Shown here: piece by piece, positions 14,201 through 25,600 of the stretch | Numbering within the stretch: position 1 is the first letter of the stretch | How the letters are laid out: every line of letters starts with the position of its first letter | Assembly: GCA_964035545.1 (NCBI GenBank) | Contig: OZ037765.1 | Coordinates: 19,220,995-19,284,994 of the forward strand | DNA: 64,000 nt | Direction: 5' to 3' | DNA from: Bugula neritina | Taxonomy: Eukaryota; Animalia; Bryozoa | Position numbers and translations under genes: made by a program | The notes under the pieces: generated by a model | What the model was told of the DNA's origin: nothing | What the model saw: the letters and a program-made list of their open reading frames with translations, nothing else | The model's database searches: none

Positions 14201-14663
14201 ACACATTTTGTCAAGATATTTTTTATGATTTTATGGCATATTATGTTATCATTAAAAGGGAAGAAATGTAGGTATGAGAGTTTTATTTCTGAGGCACTGA
14301 AGTTATGTGTAGGTATATAAACTCATCAATAAATAATAATAAATTGCAGTAAGCGTCTCACATATAGCTTCAGCATGCACTAGTACACAAGTATTTCATT
14401 AAATACCTCTGAAGCAATAATTGCATAAATTTACTTTTAAATATCAGCCATGGGGCGAATAAACAACAAACAAAAGCAGTTCATCAAAAAACATTCGCAA
14501 TCAATTAAAAAGATTACAAATAAAATTTATCAGTAAATGTCACATTATAAATACTACAAACATAAAAGTAACATCTAACTGTATTGTCACATTCATGCTA
14601 TCCAATGATGTGTATCACAGCTTCAATGTGTAAGGGAAATTGTTGAATAGCTGTGCTGGGGAA

Positions 14664-14793
14664 TTATGTTCTCATAGATTTGATGACTCTGCAAACAGAA
14701 TAAAACTCTAAATGAAATAATTGATGTGCGCATGTATTCTTAGTATATTTATAGTAAAGCTAATAAGATGAAGTACAATGCTGTAGCCAGATA

Positions 14794-14835
<42 letters not shown>

Positions 14836-17800
14836 AAGAAAAAAAATATATATATATCTAATTCAAACATTGAATGACAATTTATAGACAGAAAAAAAAT
14901 TTATAAACTCACTTTTCATATATTTCTGATAGGCTGAGGTCATCTTCATCTGAGGCTTGAATTGCTATATCAGCACCAAGAGCATCTTTTAAACCAGCTT
15001 TACTTGCAGCATAAATCATCCTGTCTTTAACGCAGGCCTTGTCACCTGCCCTAAAATCAGGTAAACAATATTTAACAATGTGAGTTTTATAGGAAGTCAA
15101 CTTTGTTTAGATGTAATATTAGTTACTTGGATGTACAGCTTCATAAGAAATCAAAATCCTCACCAGGAAATGAACAAAAGTTTTCTTCTTTGAGATCTGT
15201 TTATTAAAAACTTAAAATCGAAAGCAGCATAACGAGCATGACCACCATTATTGGCGTCTCGCAATTCTTTCACCATTTCTTCATACTGAGGCAACTCAGT
15301 CGGTTCTTCAGGGTTGTAGCATGAATCTTCTAAATATACACAAAAATTGATACTACACTATTTAGGACAGAATTGGTTAAAACTTTTATCTAAAACTCAT
15401 CATGAACAGTCACAAAAAAGTACACCAACTTTAAAAACACTTACCATCTGGAGACCCTTTTGACAGAACTTTTACAACTTTATTATCTTCAATATGATAT
15501 ACAAAGTATGAATGTAGCTTTTTCATTTTCATCTCTTGAAACAGACGTATAGCTTTGTCATCCAAGGTAACACCTGAACTGCAAGTGGAAGGCTGTAAAA
15601 TACAATAATAATCATACTTGTACTCTAGGGGAAGGTGGGGTAAGTTGGGTCAAGGGGCAAGTTGGGTCAGGCCATTTTCTCAAAAACTGTAATGCTAGGA
15701 AACTAAATAGTTAGGTCAAGAAGTAAAGGTTAAACTAAAATAACTTCCTGCTACTACAACAACACTATCAAAAAAGAGGTGAGTGAAATATTAACTAATA
15801 TCAATATTTTTGCTTCATTTGACATTCTGTTCACCAAAACAGTAGACCAAAACTTTGTCATTAAGCATGAGGATAGAGTGCTAATGTTTTGTGTCATGAA
15901 TGCTTAAGTAGTTAGCTTATATTTAGTGGATTATAAAACTTTCTAAATTAATTTTTTCATGCAAAAATTACATGCTTTACAAAATTGCTGCCAATGGGGC
16001 AAGTTGGGTCAAAATTTTGGGGCTAGTTGGGTCAGTGGCCCAACTTGCCTCGAGTCACTAAACATAGTGTTAATGTAAATTTATTGTTGCAGATCATGAT
16101 ACTGGATAATCACTGCTCACATATATTCTTAGAGTCTGTAACTCTTGCTAAAGAATCAGGAGTTGTTCTACTCACCTTGCCACCACATACTTTACACCGA
16201 TTACAGTCTCTGGATAAAACTGTTTTCGGTCCAATGAAAACATTCTCCAACAAGGCAATGGATAACTTAATGATAATCTATCTGAACAGGAGCATAAAAA
16301 TGCAAGGCATTGGCGCCCTAACAGAGCGAGCATTTGGGCAAAACATGACTGTTGCTAATATAACATCGAGCTTTCGCTCATCTGGCATATTTCCATCAAA
16401 AGCAAGCATATTTACCGACGCCGACTATGTTTCAACCGATGCTACGGACAAACCTCAAAGAGTGATCAATGAGCAAGATGATCTAATTCAACTTAGCCAA
16501 GTTCATCTCAGCCATCTTTATTTCAGATTCCAATCTACAATCCAAGCACGCCTAGTACTTCTGGTTTATTGGCAGGGGCTACCTCTCAGGATACTTCTAC
16601 TTTACTGGTGGTAGCTACCTCTAAGCAGCCTATTACCAATCAAGATATTCTTCCCTTACCCAAAGCTGCTCCACGCAAAGATGGAGCACCCAGAAGAAAG
16701 CGGGTAAAGACCGCTATACTGACAGACACGCCAGAAAAAGAAAGAATCGAACACGAATGAGCAGACAAGGTGAATAAAGTAAAGGGACGACCTAAGGGTA
16801 TGCCTATACAGAAAGAGCCAGAATCCTGCAGTGAAGAAGATGAGCAGAACCATAGTTCCACTAGAGACAGACAGCGATTCACCATCTGAGGCGGAAGCAG
16901 AAGAACAGGATGTGGCAGATGTAGAAGAAGGGGCATTTGTGGTAACAAAATACAAAGGAAAACGTTCAACCATAGGTTTTGTTGGAATGGTGGTTGGCAA
17001 GGATGAAGGAGATTGGACTTTTACAAAAAGACTCCACAGGGCACATTCTCTAAGCCATCATAGCCAGACATATATGCAGTAGAGGCTGAGCAAATTGTTA
17101 GAGTGCTGGGGGCACCTGTCTCAACTGGAACAACTGTTCGAACTATAGGCTGTGTTAGTTTTGGCAACAAACTAGATGGCATGGGCTTTGAGTCGAGTTA
17201 GTTTTCTTGATGCCTTTATTAAATAAAAATAATAGCCCCAAGCAAATTTGGTTTACTTCTTCGTCCATTCCCAGAGTCTAAACTCAAATAATCTCACTAA
17301 CTTAAATGATGACTGGGGGCCTACGTTACAAACTTTATATGTTTTTCTCAAACTAATATGCTGTTAATCATTACTTAGACCTAATGAACATTAATAAACT
17401 GAATTTATTTCAGTGATATGTTAGATGCCATAGTAATGAAATAGCGACCCAACTTGCCCCATTTGTTTTTGGTGGTGACCCAACTTACCCCTCATGCGGG
17501 GTAAGTTGGGTCAGAAGAAAGGTTTTACGGTATTATCTGTAGCTGACTAAATGTTGGTGTTGCCTCAAAATAAAATTGGGCTATTGCAGATAACATATTA
17601 ATCTATCTTTTTGACAAACAGTTTGATATTTACATGCTTAGATCGGCCACAATATTAAAAAAACCAATTTTTGACCCAACTTACCCCGCCTTCCCCTATA
17701 GATATAGGCTAATAAAAGTAGCGAATTAATTTCAAAAACTAAGCAAGCTCAAAATTTTATTTGATATCACTACTACACTGGTGCATGGATACTATTTCAG

Positions 17801-18484
17801 TTATCTTATGCAATAACACTTTTGCAACAAGCTGAAATTTAGTGGAGTCTAAAATCAACAAAATCGAATAAAATATATATGTTATATAGCAACGTAGGAC
17901 ACGTAGGACAAATGCGAAAATTTAAAAAAAAAACACTTGAACAGGTAAATTTTCAATATGAATATCAAATTAAGTCCGTACATGTTTTATCAACATATCA
18001 AGTTTCACAGTGATAGAGACAGGCTTCAAGTTCATTACGTTTACAGTTCAATTAATAGTTTATTCCCATTCCCTTTCAGTTATTTAGTTTTACTACGTCA
18101 GATAAAACTACACTTCCTTACCAAGTTTCAAGTAATCATCACCTCATTTAATTTGATTATCATTATTTTACTTTTAACGACCATGCCAAGATACGTGATA
18201 ATGAAATTGATTTAATAATTTATTGAAACTGAAAGTCACAATCAAAATGAAAATGACAATCTCAATCTGAATCGCAGTGGCAATGAAAAGTATAAATATA
18301 CCACTAACAGTAGGCGTAGCGACTAAACTCACTGTCTAAAGTAAACATGTTAGACCTATTAGTTAGTATTACTATTACTATTAGTAGTACTACTAGTACT
18401 ACTAGTGTACTACTAGTAGTACTAGTAGTACTAGTAGTACCACTATCACTATCAGTACAACATTTATTGAATTGTACTCACCAT
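14664..18484 (-). CDS. ADF/cofilin family actin-depolymerising factor, 159 aa, 5 coding exons (18482-18484, 15445-15592, 15164-15329, 14913-15050, 14664-14688)
   Basis: ATG-only first exon followed by GTGAGT (typical cofilin gene structure). All junctions are GT-AG and in phase (480 nt). Translation M-PSTCSSGVTLDDKAIRLFQEMK...RYAAFDF...KLLFISWAGDKACVKDRMIYAASKAGLKDALG...IQASDEDDL matches ADF-H motifs. Confidence 0.93.
14797..14831. repeat. (TA)n microsatellite
   Basis: Directly visible, in the last cofilin intron. Confidence 0.95.
15628..17696 (+). mobile_element. pogo/Fot1/Tigger-type (Tc1-mariner superfamily) DNA transposon, internally deleted, in cofilin intron 1
   Basis: TIR GGGGAAGG(T/C)GGGGTAAGTTGGGTCA at both ends, TA on both flanks, several subterminal GGGG(C/T)AAGTTGGGTC motifs, and a DDE_1-like coding remnant inside. 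Confidence 0.9.
16090..17180 (+). pseudogene. Truncated DDE_1 (pogo-like) transposase remnant
   Basis: ILDNHCSH...LLTLPPHTLHRLQSLDKTVFGPMK and RRKRVKTAILTDTPEKE motifs, split over several frames with stops; the N-terminal HTH region is missing. Confidence 0.85.
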
Positions 18485-18549
18485 ATTTAAATATAATTTG
18501 AAACAAAGTTTTTAGGTGATGCAAAAAAGTATTGTCCAGATTATTAGCC

Positions 18550-18860
18550 CAAATGACTCAATACCAATATGAATATGGATGATGTAATGATCGAAAGCAA
18601 GGATTAAAACGGTGAGAATGAATTACTACTCGTGCAAGGCGCGATATCAAACTCGGAATGAATGACTGAGCAAGTGGCGAAGTCTTTATACCCATTCATT
18701 TGGGATTTCCCACGCGGCTAACGTAAACAATGATGAATTGCACGGACTGCAGTTCGCAATACCATATTTGGCAACAGTGAGAACGCGTAACGTAAATAAC
18801 CAAACATGATTAGGCCAATCGAACGCAATAATATCTTTTCCAGCCCAGTGATTAGGCCCA
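18550..18860 (-). promoter_or_regulatory. Putative cofilin core and proximal promoter
   Basis: On the - strand: TATAAAG (18690-18684) followed by Inr-like TCAGTC/TCATTC (~18669-18655); CArG box CCATATTTGG (18762-18771); GGGATTTCCC (18702-18711); CCAAT near 18815; TGACTCA (18554-18560). Locally CpG-richer than the flanks. Confidence 0.55.
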
Positions 18861-21800
18861 TACCTTTGCTAATCGATATTTGCTATCAATGACAATAAAA
18901 GTTTTTGATTGCACATAATTAAGTCAAATTTAACCAAATATGACATAATTATACTTGTGTTTTCAGTCTGATTACCTAAAAATTTTTTTAAATCAATATT
19001 ATCAGCAACTTTTTCATCTATAGCTACATAAATACGTTAAATTTTTGATAATTATACCATTTAATTCAGCATTTCTTGACTATCTGTCATACAAAGTATG
19101 TATCTCTAAAGAACCAAGGCATGGTTCTGCATGATTTTAGGTAAACATAGCACCAGTAAAAATGACACAGGTAATAAGGGCACAATTGAAAAAGTAGGAA
19201 AAAATAGCACATTTATGTCAAATTTTCCTAAACTCTAACCCAAACCTTTAAACCTCAACCCCAAACTCAAACCCCTATTTCATTTGGGCCGACTTCGGGT
19301 GCCCGACTAGCACTCGGGTGTCTGGACTGTCCGTATCGGAAGGCCTGATCTAGAATCAACGTTCGAATCGGTCAGGACGACCATCCCAAACTCAAATGGG
19401 TGCCAGAATGATAATTCGGGGTGTCTGACTCGGCCAAAGTCATAACTTACAAAAAGAAACTATGTAGTGACTAGTGAGTGCACAGGATGAAATAGCAATA
19501 TAAATAACAATAAAAGTACATATCCCCAGATTTACTACAATATGGTATACTCTACAAAAAGAAGTAATAGTTTAGTCTACTTTCCAACATTGTAAAATCA
19601 CCTTTAAAAATCAAATTTGCTGCTTACAGTATTTATATATACATTTGTATTTTCCTGCTGTATTTTTTAATAGTATAAGCATTATATGCTTAGTTTAGGC
19701 TATGGCAACATATACATAAACTGTTCACAATAAATTATTTGTTATATTATCATGATGATGCAACACTTGATACAAGCCCTACATTTAATAGTGAATCAAT
19801 ACTGCAGCATGTGACATAAGACTGAAAGGCAACCATATATGGTTATATTAATATTATGGTATAGATAGAATCAGTATACACAGCATTGATATATCTATAT
19901 AAAATATAGTGCGTGCTATACACTGTAAAGTGAATTGGTGTATACACAAACATATTTAATAGTATGATAAGAACGACTTTGGCTTAGTACCTAGGACTTG
20001 ACTGTTTAATGACCATGCATCCAATGTTATGATTCAGGCCGTTACTAAAACATACGTTATATATTTATAAATATTATATTTTGTATAATTTTTATGGCAA
20101 ATTATATTAAAATATAATGCAGCTCTTTTTCTGGTTGTAAATTGCAATTGTGTAGTGTGCGTGTAATCAATAAAGTAACAAGCCACTTAGCACTTGTTTG
20201 AAACAATAAACCATTTCCACAACAGTTTTCTCAAAGTTGCACATGCTTATATAAATTGATTTGGTAATATTGTATATAACATAGATATAGAAAAACCCAC
20301 AAAATCATGCTTAAAAATAGCACTTTTAAGTAGTTTCGCCCGCTGTTTATGTAAGTTTGAATAAATATCTCACCTGATAAACAAAAACTCTATGTTTAGA
20401 AATTTCGAAATATTTTATATAAACATATATTATAACTTATGATAAAAGCTTCCAAAAATGACAAGAAATCATTATATACTTTTACTTGTATTGCATTTGT
20501 TTTCTTTTTATAGAGCTTAATATTGCAGTATAAAGCAGTGCATGTGTGAACTATTTATTTCTAAAGGAATTTCTTTGAGTTTCCATTGAGTACTTGCTTT
20601 AATACTAATAGAATTAATATGAGGCTGATCACAACGACACAAAACTTTTAGAGAAAAATTTTAACTAGCTATGGTTCATTGATGGGAAAAAATCGAAGGT
20701 ATAAGCAACCACAATTCTTGACAACACAATATTATTATATTGGAACATTTGAAAACATTATTTACATCATGTTGGGGCCTCTTTAGATTGTCAATGGCCT
20801 CAAAAGTTATTAAACTGTTCTACTCGATAAAGTGCATAGATTTAAAACATAATTTGTTGTTTTTGTTTTTAAAACAATTATTGTGAATTATAATTTTGTC
20901 AAGACATATAACTCTTTAGAATGAAGACATTCTACATATAGCAAGTGACAAACCGCAACCTCCTCAACTCATTTACAAAGCTCATAACAAAAACTCATAT
21001 TTTCTCAACTTTTTTGTCATGTGCATAGATAAAAAACAGTAAAAAGTTGTAACACTTTCTTTGGTCTTCTTATGAATGAAACAAATTACTTATTTGAGAT
21101 CACCATATAAAATAATCCTGAATAATAAATGTTTTGGTCCCAATTTGCTGGTGTGCCTATAATAAAGTGTATTGACTAAAATATAATATAATTATGTTTT
21201 ATGTGCTGTCTATAAGAGTAAACAAACTATCTCTTCACTTGAGCTAATAGATTGCTTATGATGTAATATTATTGTTACTGTATTTGCAGTACAGTTTGAA
21301 ATTTAAAGGATGAGAAAACTTAGGTCTAAAATCAGCACAAACAAACCAAAAAGCCTCTCTCAATAAACCTATTGATTGTAAACAATAAAGTAGTTGTTGT
21401 ATTCTAGTCTACATGACAGTTATCCTCCAACTGAGGCTAGGAGATGTGGCATTATTAACGGAGTTATCGTCTCTTGGAACTTTTACAATATTTATGATGC
21501 AAGATCACGCCTTCTGTTGCAGGTATTTAATACATAGAAGATTGAGGGATACACTTCCCACAGCCACTATATAGTTTAGTTCCAGTGCCTGCATTGCTGA
21601 AGGGTTAATTCATACAACTGTGAAAATTGGGTATTGTACTATACCAACTGGGTTGGTCCCAGCTCAACTTTTGCACTGCTATCAGGCATTAATTTTGTTT
21701 TAAAAACAAATCATTCATTTTTTATGCACAAATATCATGCTTTTTGAAACAAGACTAAGCCAGAGCGAAGCAAAAATTGTAAATTTGTCAATTATTTTAT

Positions 21801-22697
21801 TATTCAATCATTTACATGAAAAAAGACTGTGGTACGATTTAATATGTATATATTATATGGACTGGTGTGCTTAGAAATAAACTCAGCTCGACAAACTCTC
21901 CTGGTTAATCCTAGTTACTAGAAGAGGGGGTATTGCAGTGCTTCTCTTTGCATTGCATTGTAATATTTAGGTTTTTCTTATTTCCAACTTTAATTCAGTC
22001 AAATTAGCAAGCTGTTATAAATCAAAAGCTGAACTAATCAATAGAAATACAAAATTTAAGCAATTAATCAAGCAGCTAAATATATCAGCATAATATGCAT
22101 AAAAATGTTATTCAATGATGCTCGATGCTTTACAATATGCGATAGAATATACAATATATAAATTATAGGAGGAAGATTCATCAGTGAGCATTAAGTATTA
22201 GCATAGATTATCAAATCCTTTATTTGTATTCATGAAAAATTGAAGAGTTAACTGAGCAGAGGTTTTATTATAGGAAGTATAAATCTTTTAGGAAAAAGGT
22301 ATAACAAGGGGCTATCATAAGTAAACATTTCCAATGTACCAGTACAATTAAATACATAAATGGTAGCTCAGGTTGCAAATTTTTCATGTTTCTCTTATTT
22401 GATTCAGCTACTTGTTCGTCTCACAGTATATTCTCTTAGATTGTGTTACATGTCACTTAGTTTATGCAGCTCTGCTGTTTAAAAAACTTGTAATAGTTCA
22501 GAAGAGAAGGAGTGGAGTTTAAAAAAAACTTATAAAACTAGTTTTATAGTGTCACTTCTAATGACACATTGCAGCGTTTATAACTAAACAGCATTTATAA
22601 TTAAATTATTTTGTTAGTCCCATGTATAGCTATTTAATTACAATGCCAAGTAGCGGTAGCTGTGTGTCTTTCAGTGGTAGCAGTTTATTTTACTAGT

Positions 22698-25600
22698 TTA
22701 GGAGTCATCTCTCTTGTAGCCATTAAACCCAGGAAACAGGTAAAGCTTTCTCATGTGAGTTAAAGTATCCCAGGCTACAACCAACTGCCCTCCACTCTCT
22801 AGATTTCTATCTACACATAGTTTTCTTACTTTAGTCTGCACCTTGAAAATATTCAATAACTTTATGAAGGATAGACTTGTGCAATTAATGAATTGAAAGT
22901 CAAAAGTATTTTCAATATAACATTTCAATACTGGGTATTTCCTTAAAGTTCTATTGTAATATTTTTACTAAACCATAGTAACATCTATTAAATCAAATAA
23001 GACATGCATCTTTTCTATATTCATTTCATTTTAAATTAAAAAAAATCAGGCCTAATAACTGTTCTTGCAACATTTAAAAGAATAGTTTTAGTTTGAAACA
23101 GCAATTTTAGTTTGGCTGCACTCAAAGCTGACTTGACAGCCTTATGTCTGCTGAGCACCTTTATTATTCACAACCCTCTATATTTCATTCATTAGCCCAT
23201 GCTTTCAAATTCACACCCATCAATAAGAGAGGTATAGAACTTATCGAAACACGTTTAACATATAGAAGAGTGCAAGTTTAACCACTGCAGTAAGACACAC
23301 CAACCTGTTTGAATATAGTGTAGAGGTCATGGTGACAGGCATGTTTATACATGGAAGATACAAGAGCTCTAATCATTAGAGATCCATACTCAGAGTGTCT
23401 CTTTGATATGAATGCTGCAAGTAGATTATGTAAAGTAAAAATTATGCAGCTAAGAATTTGGTGTCATTTTAGAGTATAACTTTGTGTATTATAGAGAGTG
23501 TATTTCTTACATTCCATACTAGATTTCACTACTAGCAGGTCATCATAGTTCAGTCTATTCATAGCCTCAGCATCCTCTAATCTGCGAACTTTAGCAAATG
23601 GAGGTGAGATACATTCCATTTCCTTGTCTTGAGATTCTCCGATATCAAATCTGTCTATACCTCTATCACCAAAATCACTCCTCTCTGTAACACAAAACAG
23701 TCCACATAAAAAAGTGTTTTAATTAACTCTAAGTTATTAGTTGGCCTAGGATATTATAGAGCACATAGCAAGTAGTGAGTTGAGAATTGTCTTATCAATA
23801 CAAAACACCAACATTTAATATCTCCATCTACTCAAACAAAAAGCATTGCATCGTAGACATGGTAGAAACTTGTAACGCATTTAGATTACACTTTTTAGAC
23901 GTCCATTTACAATAGACTCTTATTAAAACAATCGCAATGCAACTCCAAAATGTTGCCCTCCGGAAGACTAACTAGTACACTGCTCCTATGGAGGAATGCA
24001 GTACCATGATATAAAGAGTTTTTATGCGAATGTGGTAATATCGGTTATTACATTAGCAAACTATGTTGTAGCCAGCATGTTATCGAAGCGTCTACTAATA
24101 AAAGCATACTGTGATTAATCAAATACCTTCATAACTAATAATATACAATGCTTGAGGGTGAAAATGCACCAGCAGTGTTATGAAAAAGTCTTTACCTCCA
24201 CTACACACTTCCAGTATAACAACTTTCGGTTTGCCAGCCATGCCTGAAAAGTTCAAAGGGGTCAGAAGGTCATAGACATCTGTTAGTTTGACTCTTTTCA
24301 GGTCTGTACCATAAATATGATTGTTCAACCCTCCATGAGTCATTATAACCAACACATGGCATCCCAGATCTTTGTGTTCCTCTTTCTTCACTTCAGTCTT
24401 TACAGCAGACAGCATCTCCTGCAAGCATTGAAAATGGATGACAGAAATTTTATTCAACTGTTGAAATATCTAGCAAAACTAATAAAAATAGCAATTGTAG
24501 AACTGATATATTTATTAAATCTCAACAGCTTAACAAAACTACAGGCCCACATAATGATAACTAAACTCTAAAAAATAGTAACTCATAAAACTATAAGGGT
24601 ACCTTAGCCTTCAGGTCTGTGTGTGTCACAACTTCAAACTTGAGAGCTTTCAACAGGGCAGACATATTCTCAACATCAACATTTGAACCTCTCCTACACA
24701 AATCTGGTCTCTTATCAAAGTTCATGTTGTTTACTATCAGAGCTCTACCTCTTTTCTTGGTCATATTAAACACCTGGACACCATACAGAAGTGCATGTTA
24801 TTGCTATGGAGGTGAAGCCATGCATTGAAATAATAACTAGTATGATAATACTCACTCACACAAGTTTATAGTCACTATCGCTGAAGGAACCCCTGATGGA
24901 AAGGGTTTATTAGTATGTGGCACAGGAAAAATTATGATTGGATGCTCTTCCTAACATAACCAATGGCCTTTATTAGAAATCAAACTTATGAACTTGCATT
25001 TAAGAACTCGGCACTCTAACTTCTAAACCATGGTTGCTCCCTGGTATGATTATACAACATAAAAATAAACATGATCACCTTGTCAGTGTTGGAGAACAGC
25101 TGCTTTATCTTTGAGTTACTGGTTGGACTTAGTCTGAGTCTGATCAACTTCATCTCTTTAACTTCCTGCTCATCAGGACACAGATTGTCATCATCATCAG
25201 AGAGATCACTGAGATCATCATTGGCTAATGCAGATGCAGCTCCCTGATCTGATTGGCTACAGCTTACAACTGTAAAGCACAAAAATCCGTCATCAAGCAA
25301 CATTATATAAACAAGTTACAATGACTATTAAACTGCTAATCACATAGAAATTCTTTTTTCTTTTCGACAAAACTTATTGAAGGCTGAGCACGTTCAAATT
25401 GATATGTTTGTTAACAGAAGATCACAGAAACCAGCCACATAAAAATTTACCAGAACACACTGATCTGTTTTGAGCTGCTCTAACTTTCAGTTCGTTCACA
25501 AACTCTTTTAATATGTCAGCTTCCCTTTCCGACAACGGCTGACCTGAAAGATGAAATATTTTAAAATCATTTGTCAGAATGTCATGTTTTGGCTTTTTGA

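Noticed and set aside
15575-15595. Alternative acceptor TTGCAG that might shorten the cofilin N-terminus
   Set aside because: It lies 14 nt downstream of the modelled acceptor and would shift the frame.
19130-19445. GC-rich patch and AACCC-type runs (also the GC-rich patch at 62960-63215)
   Set aside because: Probably repeat fragments, but I could not define termini, TSD or structure well enough to call them.
25079-25543. CARD or death domain between COR and caspase
   Set aside because: Only ~95 aa, largely acidic and low-complexity; no six-helix pattern recognisable by eye.
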